Below are positions 59,729 to 64,000 of a DNA stretch of 64,000 bases, piece after piece. Source of the stretch: Candidatus Obscuribacteraceae bacterium (GTDB lineage Bacteria > Cyanobacteriota > Vampirovibrionia > Obscuribacterales > Obscuribacteraceae); assembly GCA_044226015.1 (NCBI GenBank), contig JBGAHS010000004.1, positions 384,001-448,000 of the forward strand, written 5' to 3'. Made by a program: the position numbers and the translations under genes. Each line of letters starts with the position of its first letter. Position 1 is the first letter of the stretch. The notes beneath the pieces are model-generated. The model saw only the letters and a list, made by a program, of their open reading frames with translations. It did no database searches and was not told where the DNA came from.

Positions 59729-60919
59729 ATGAAGTTTCAAGTCTTTCAAAAAGTTGAGCGTAAGGCAATTTCTACAAGATTTATTGCATTAGTTTGTTTT
59801 TTGCTTCTATCACTTATGAGTATTGCCGCTAGCTTGCCTGCCGCTGAAAGAGCTAATGGACCCATCAAGATCCGAGATATGGAAGCTTCGAAAATCTATG
59901 AACAAGCCCTTCCTGGGTATAAGTATCGATTTCCTGAAGATCATTACTCTCATGACCGATACAGAACTGAGTGGTGGTACTACACCGGTCATTTGAAAAG
60001 CGAAAATGGAAAAGAGTTCGGTTTTGAATTGACATTTTTTCGCTCTGCAAGCTCCGTTGAAGGTGGTGTTAAGACAGGCGCCTGGAGCCTCAACAATATA
60101 TACATGGCTCATTTTGCTATAACCGATATTGATGGCAGAAAATTCTTCAATGACGAGAAACTCAGCCGAGCCGGAGTTGGAAGTGCCGGGGCTAGTCAAA
60201 CTGCTTGCAAGGTTTGGACGGAAAACTGGAGTCTAGATCGCTCGGGCAAAACTCATAATATTCGAGCTGTGGACGGGGAGTACTCTCTGCAACTGGCTCT
60301 AGATGAGGCAAGCGAGCCTGTAATTCACGGTGAAAACGGTGTAAGCCAAAAAGCGTCTTGCGTAGGTTGTGCGTCACACTACTATTCTTTTACTAGAATG
60401 CCCGCAAGAGGCACATTGAAGTTCAACGGAGCAAGTTTCAAGGTCGATGGCGAAGCCTGGATGGATCATGAATTTGGCAGCAATCAATTGACTGCTGAGC
60501 AAGTGGGGTGGGACTGGTTTTCCTTGCAGCTTGATGACAAAACTGAGCTTATGCTCTATGCGATGAGACTCAAAAACTCCAAACTCGATCAGAATTCATC
60601 TGGTACCAGTGTGAGCCAAAAGAAAGTTCAACATCTTCGCTTGAGCGATTACACCATCACCGCAACTAAGCAGTGGAAGAGCCCTCATACTGGTGGCGTC
60701 TATCCCGCCGGCTGGCATGTGATTGTTCCCAGCCTTAAGTTAGAGCTTGATCTTGAGCCAGAGCTTGCCGACCAGGAACTGGTAAGTCATCGCAATGATG
60801 GCATTTCTTATTGGGAGGGTGCTTGTTCTGTGAAAGGCAAAAAGGATGGCAAAGCCATAACTGGCAAGGCGTACGTAGAACTTACCGGATACAACAAGAA
60901 TTTTCATATGAATATTTAA
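59729..60919 (+). CDS. AttH/CrtC-like secreted lipocalin-domain protein
   Basis: FPEDHYSH..RTEWWYYTG, AWMDHEF, GWDWFSLQL, YWEG, YVELTGY; GAGGA RBS before ATG 59729. Confidence 0.88.
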   Translation: MKFQVFQKVERKAISTRFIALVCFLLLSLMSIAASLPAAERANGPIKIRDMEASKIYEQALPGYKYRFPEDHYSHDRYRTEWWYYTGHLKSENGKEFGFELTFFRSASSVEGGVKTGAWSLNNIYMAHFAITDIDGRKFFNDEKLSRAGVGSAGASQTACKVWTENWSLDRSGKTHNIRAVDGEYSLQLALDEASEPVIHGENGVSQKASCVGCASHYYSFTRMPARGTLKFNGASFKVDGEAWMDHEFGSNQLTAEQVGWDWFSLQLDDKTELMLYAMRLKNSKLDQNSSGTSVSQKKVQHLRLSDYTITATKQWKSPHTGGVYPAGWHVIVPSLKLELDLEPELADQELVSHRNDGISYWEGACSVKGKKDGKAITGKAYVELTGYNKNFHMNI

Positions 60920-61013
60920 CGACGCATATATCCTTTGTGCATTCGTTAAAGAGCACTGATTCACGTAGCGTTCACACAGCCTGGTAATAATTCAAATTGG
61001 TTTAGTATGCGCT

Positions 61014-62567
61014 GTGAAGAGCAAAGAATTCATGGAAGAGAAAGTTTTAGTTTGGTTTAGAAGAGATCTTCGACTGGAAGATAATGCTGCTCTGATGGCT
61101 GCCATCGCCAGTGAAAAAAAAATTGTGCCCGTATTCATCTGGGAACCGGCTGAGGAGAAACCGTGGGAACACACCGGGGCGGCTCTGGTTTGGTTGCACT
61201 TCTCATTGAAATCTTTAGGTGCATCTTTGAAGGAGCGAGAAAGCGGGCTATTAATCAGGCAAGGGAAATTCTGCGATGTGATTTCACAGCTTGCTGCTGA
61301 GTTCAACGTCAAGGAAGTTTATTCCAACAAAATATACGAGCCTGCTTGGCTGAAGAAAGACGAGAAAATCCAAAAAGACTTAGCCAAGAAAGACATTTCA
61401 TTTAAGTTGTTCCCTGGGGCCCTGTTGTTTGACCCTTTCACGGTTCGTACGCAGCAAGATAATCCCTTTCAAGTTTTTACCGCTTTCTGGAAGTCGTGCA
61501 TGGCTAAAGACTCCAGTCCGCCACCGCCTGTAGAGGCGCCAAAAAAGATTCTCAGTCCAAGCAAAGTACATAATGAGTCCGTCGATGCCCTGAATTTCCT
61601 ACCTCAAATACATTGGGACACGGGTATCAGAGAGTCTTGGACTCCCGGGGAAGACGGTGCCCACAAAGCGCTTGAGGATTTTCTGGATGGTGTCGTAGAT
61701 GACTACAGCATTGGGCGGGATGTTCCTGGTGCCATCGGAACATCGAGACTCTCCCCTCATTTGCATTTCGGAGAGATTTCAATTCGCCGTGTCTGGCACG
61801 GCGTAGCTGATGCTTACACGCGGCAAAGCCATCTAAAGAAGCCGACTCAATCTGTACAGATGAGATTGACTTTGGGTGTGTCGCCAAAATCTGCACCTGC
61901 TGAAAGTAAAAAGGCTAAAAAGAAAGAAGTAGAAACCAACTCATTCCATGTTTATTTGAAAGAGCTCGGTTGGCGCGAATTCGCGCATCATGTACTTTGC
62001 AATTTCCCTCACACAGCAACTGAACCTTTGCGGGAGGACTTTGCTAAGTTCCCCTGGAAAGGTAATCGTAGTCATTTGAAGAAGTGGCAGAAAGGGCAAA
62101 CTGGCTACCCGATGGTTGACGCCGGAATGCGAGAACTCTGGCATACAGGTTGGATGCATAATCGCGTGCGAATGGTGGTGGCATCATTTCTGGTGAAACA
62201 TTTATTGCTTCCATGGCAGGCCGGCGCACGTTGGTTCTGGGATACTCTTGTTGATGCCGACCTTGCAAACAACACATTGGGGTGGCAATGGAGCGCGGGC
62301 TGTGGTGCCGATGCTGCACCGTACTTCAGAATCTTCAATCCTATATTGCAAGGTGAAAAATTTGACCCACGCGGAGTTTATGTTCGCAAATGGGTTCCAG
62401 AACTTAAGAAACTGCCAGACGAGTATATTCATCGTCCCTGGGAAGCTCCAGAAGACGTTCTCAGAGCTGCCGGGGTCGAGCTTGGAAAAAACTATCCCAA
62501 ACCGATTATTGACCATGGTTTTGCTCGGCAGAGGGCGCTAGAAGCATTGTCCGAAATCAGAAAGTAA
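61014..62567 (+). CDS. phrB: Deoxyribodipyrimidine (CPD) photolyase, class III-like
   Basis: WFRRDLRLEDN, TSRLSPHLHFGEIS, GQTGYPMVDAGMREL, GWMHNRVRM, WFWDTLVDADLANN, DAAPYFRIFNP. Confidence 0.93.
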   Translation: MKSKEFMEEKVLVWFRRDLRLEDNAALMAAIASEKKIVPVFIWEPAEEKPWEHTGAALVWLHFSLKSLGASLKERESGLLIRQGKFCDVISQLAAEFNVKEVYSNKIYEPAWLKKDEKIQKDLAKKDISFKLFPGALLFDPFTVRTQQDNPFQVFTAFWKSCMAKDSSPPPPVEAPKKILSPSKVHNESVDALNFLPQIHWDTGIRESWTPGEDGAHKALEDFLDGVVDDYSIGRDVPGAIGTSRLSPHLHFGEISIRRVWHGVADAYTRQSHLKKPTQSVQMRLTLGVSPKSAPAESKKAKKKEVETNSFHVYLKELGWREFAHHVLCNFPHTATEPLREDFAKFPWKGNRSHLKKWQKGQTGYPMVDAGMRELWHTGWMHNRVRMVVASFLVKHLLLPWQAGARWFWDTLVDADLANNTLGWQWSAGCGADAAPYFRIFNPILQGEKFDPRGVYVRKWVPELKKLPDEYIHRPWEAPEDVLRAAGVELGKNYPKPIIDHGFARQRALEALSEIRK

Positions 62568-63671
62568 TTACTGAACCTTTCCTCTTGTGGAAATGCGCGT
62601 AATTGTTTCAAGCTTTCCTTCGCGCATGCAATAGTAGTTTTCGTGAAGATTTACTGTGGTGTCGATGTGGCTAGGTACCAGAAGAACCTTGTCTCCGATT
62701 TGCAATTTTAGCTTACCGTCAGCTGATTCCAGAACACCGTGCTCGTCGCCTGCAGGGCGGTAGCTCACTCCCTGATATTTTGAATGCGGGCGGGCGTTGC
62801 CGCTGTCAGTCGAAAGCGATTTCATTCCTGCGTCAATAACTGCCCGATTTTCGACAGGCTTGCTTATCACAGTTGATAAAACATAAAGAGCTTGTCCGAA
62901 GCCTTTCCTGCCTGAGTCTGAGTAAGCCGAGTCCATGAAAATGAAAGAGCCTGCCTGAATTTCAGTGACGCCTTTAACTTCAGCGCACAACTCAAAAGTG
63001 CCTGTGCCGCCAGTGCTTACAATCTGAATATCGAACCCATTATTGCGCAAGAATTCCGCTGTCTCTGTCAGCTTGAGCATTGATTCTTTGCAGAGTCTCT
63101 TTTTCTCGGTTTCATCGGGCATCATTTGAAGATGCCCTTCATATCCCTGAACTCCAATAAGTTGCAGGTTTGGCATTGTCTTGATCAAATTGGCTAGTTC
63201 TAGTGCTTCTTCTTTTGTCTCGACTCCGCAACGGTTTTGTCCGACATTCAAATCAACCAAAACCTGAAGCGGATGGTCAGATGTTTTTATTTTCTCACCG
63301 AGCTGTTTGGCACCATATGTACTATCAATTACAACTTTTAGATTTGGGTTTCTCGTAGCGAGGCTAAGTAGTCGACTGAGCTTCGGTTCGCCTACAATTT
63401 CTGTGGTGATGAGCATGTCGTCCACACCCGCTTCCATCATAATTTCTGCTTCGCTAACTTTAGCAACACAGATGCCAATCGCACCTTCTTCGATCATCTT
63501 TCGAGCGAGCCCCGGCGATTTCGCCGTTTTTAGATGAGGCCGAACATTGAGCCCAAGGTTCTTCGCCTTGTTCATCAACGTCTTGATATTTTTGTCTACT
63601 ACATCTAGCTCGACAACGAGACACGGCGTATCGAGTCCGTCAATCTCAGTTCCCACTTCTGGCGTAAACAA
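62568..63671 (-). CDS. DSD1-family PLP enzyme (D-threonine aldolase / D-serine dehydratase-like)
   Basis: LDTPCL, RPHLKTAK (PLP Lys), GYEGH, TGGTGT, QAGSFIFMD, DEHG, PSHID. Confidence 0.9.
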   Translation of the reverse strand: MFTPEVGTEIDGLDTPCLVVELDVVDKNIKTLMNKAKNLGLNVRPHLKTAKSPGLARKMIEEGAIGICVAKVSEAEIMMEAGVDDMLITTEIVGEPKLSRLLSLATRNPNLKVVIDSTYGAKQLGEKIKTSDHPLQVLVDLNVGQNRCGVETKEEALELANLIKTMPNLQLIGVQGYEGHLQMMPDETEKKRLCKESMLKLTETAEFLRNNGFDIQIVSTGGTGTFELCAEVKGVTEIQAGSFIFMDSAYSDSGRKGFGQALYVLSTVISKPVENRAVIDAGMKSLSTDSGNARPHSKYQGVSYRPAGDEHGVLESADGKLKLQIGDKVLLVPSHIDTTVNLHENYYCMREGKLETITRISTRGKVQ

Positions 63672-64000
63672 GCGTTTATCTCCTGGCTATCCGAAACGTC
63701 TATATGTTAAAGGAAGACCAGTCAAATTTGTTGGCTTTGCAGTTTCTTGGCAAGGCTTATTCAGATAACATTTCGGGGCTAGGCTGGTAAAACGCGTAGA
63801 TTTAATCTTACAGATGTCCTTGGCAAGTTGCTCGGTTGCTGATTCCAATGCTCCTTCGCTCTAGCTGCCCTTTGACCCTGACTCTAGAATTGTGCTCGTG
63901 ATAAATCATGGTGGCATTCGTTTTTGTGCTGTTTAGTAAAGCCCCGTTATCAGTTCTGCCAGAGCGGGAATTCAGTAGATAGGCAGGTTTACTGTATGTA

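Noticed and set aside
63672..64000. Possible gene or RNA at the window end
   Set aside because: No convincing ORF or structure in the visible part

Overview
Gene-dense (~45-48% GC by eye) chromosomal segment with about 50 CDS and one tRNA-Ala(GGC). No transposase, integrase, phage, rRNA or CRISPR-cas features were seen. Gene content (DUF4127, stand-alone LON N-terminal protein, DICT/GAF-GGDEF-HD protein, many orphan secreted proteins, no photosynthesis genes) suggests a non-photosynthetic relative of Cyanobacteria (Melainabacteria/Obscuribacterales-like); this is inference only. Recognisable genes: glmU, galE, cpdA, an amidase_3, TolC, an ArsB-like pump, a CPD photolyase, a DSD1/D-threonine aldolase, an AttEFGH-like ABC-lipocalin module and a complete SWIM-DUF5691-MoxR(YehL)-DUF5682-VWA operon. 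The most unusual features are non-coding. (i) 11640-12214 holds a sigma70-like promoter, a ~170-nt structured RNA candidate, three ~21-bp repeats echoed inside that RNA, and a nine-unit ~22-bp tandem array. (ii) A three-way-junction RNA candidate with a 20-bp perfect hairpin lies upstream of glmU, near a small Sm/Hfq-fold-like ORF. Family names were assigned by motif recognition, not database search.
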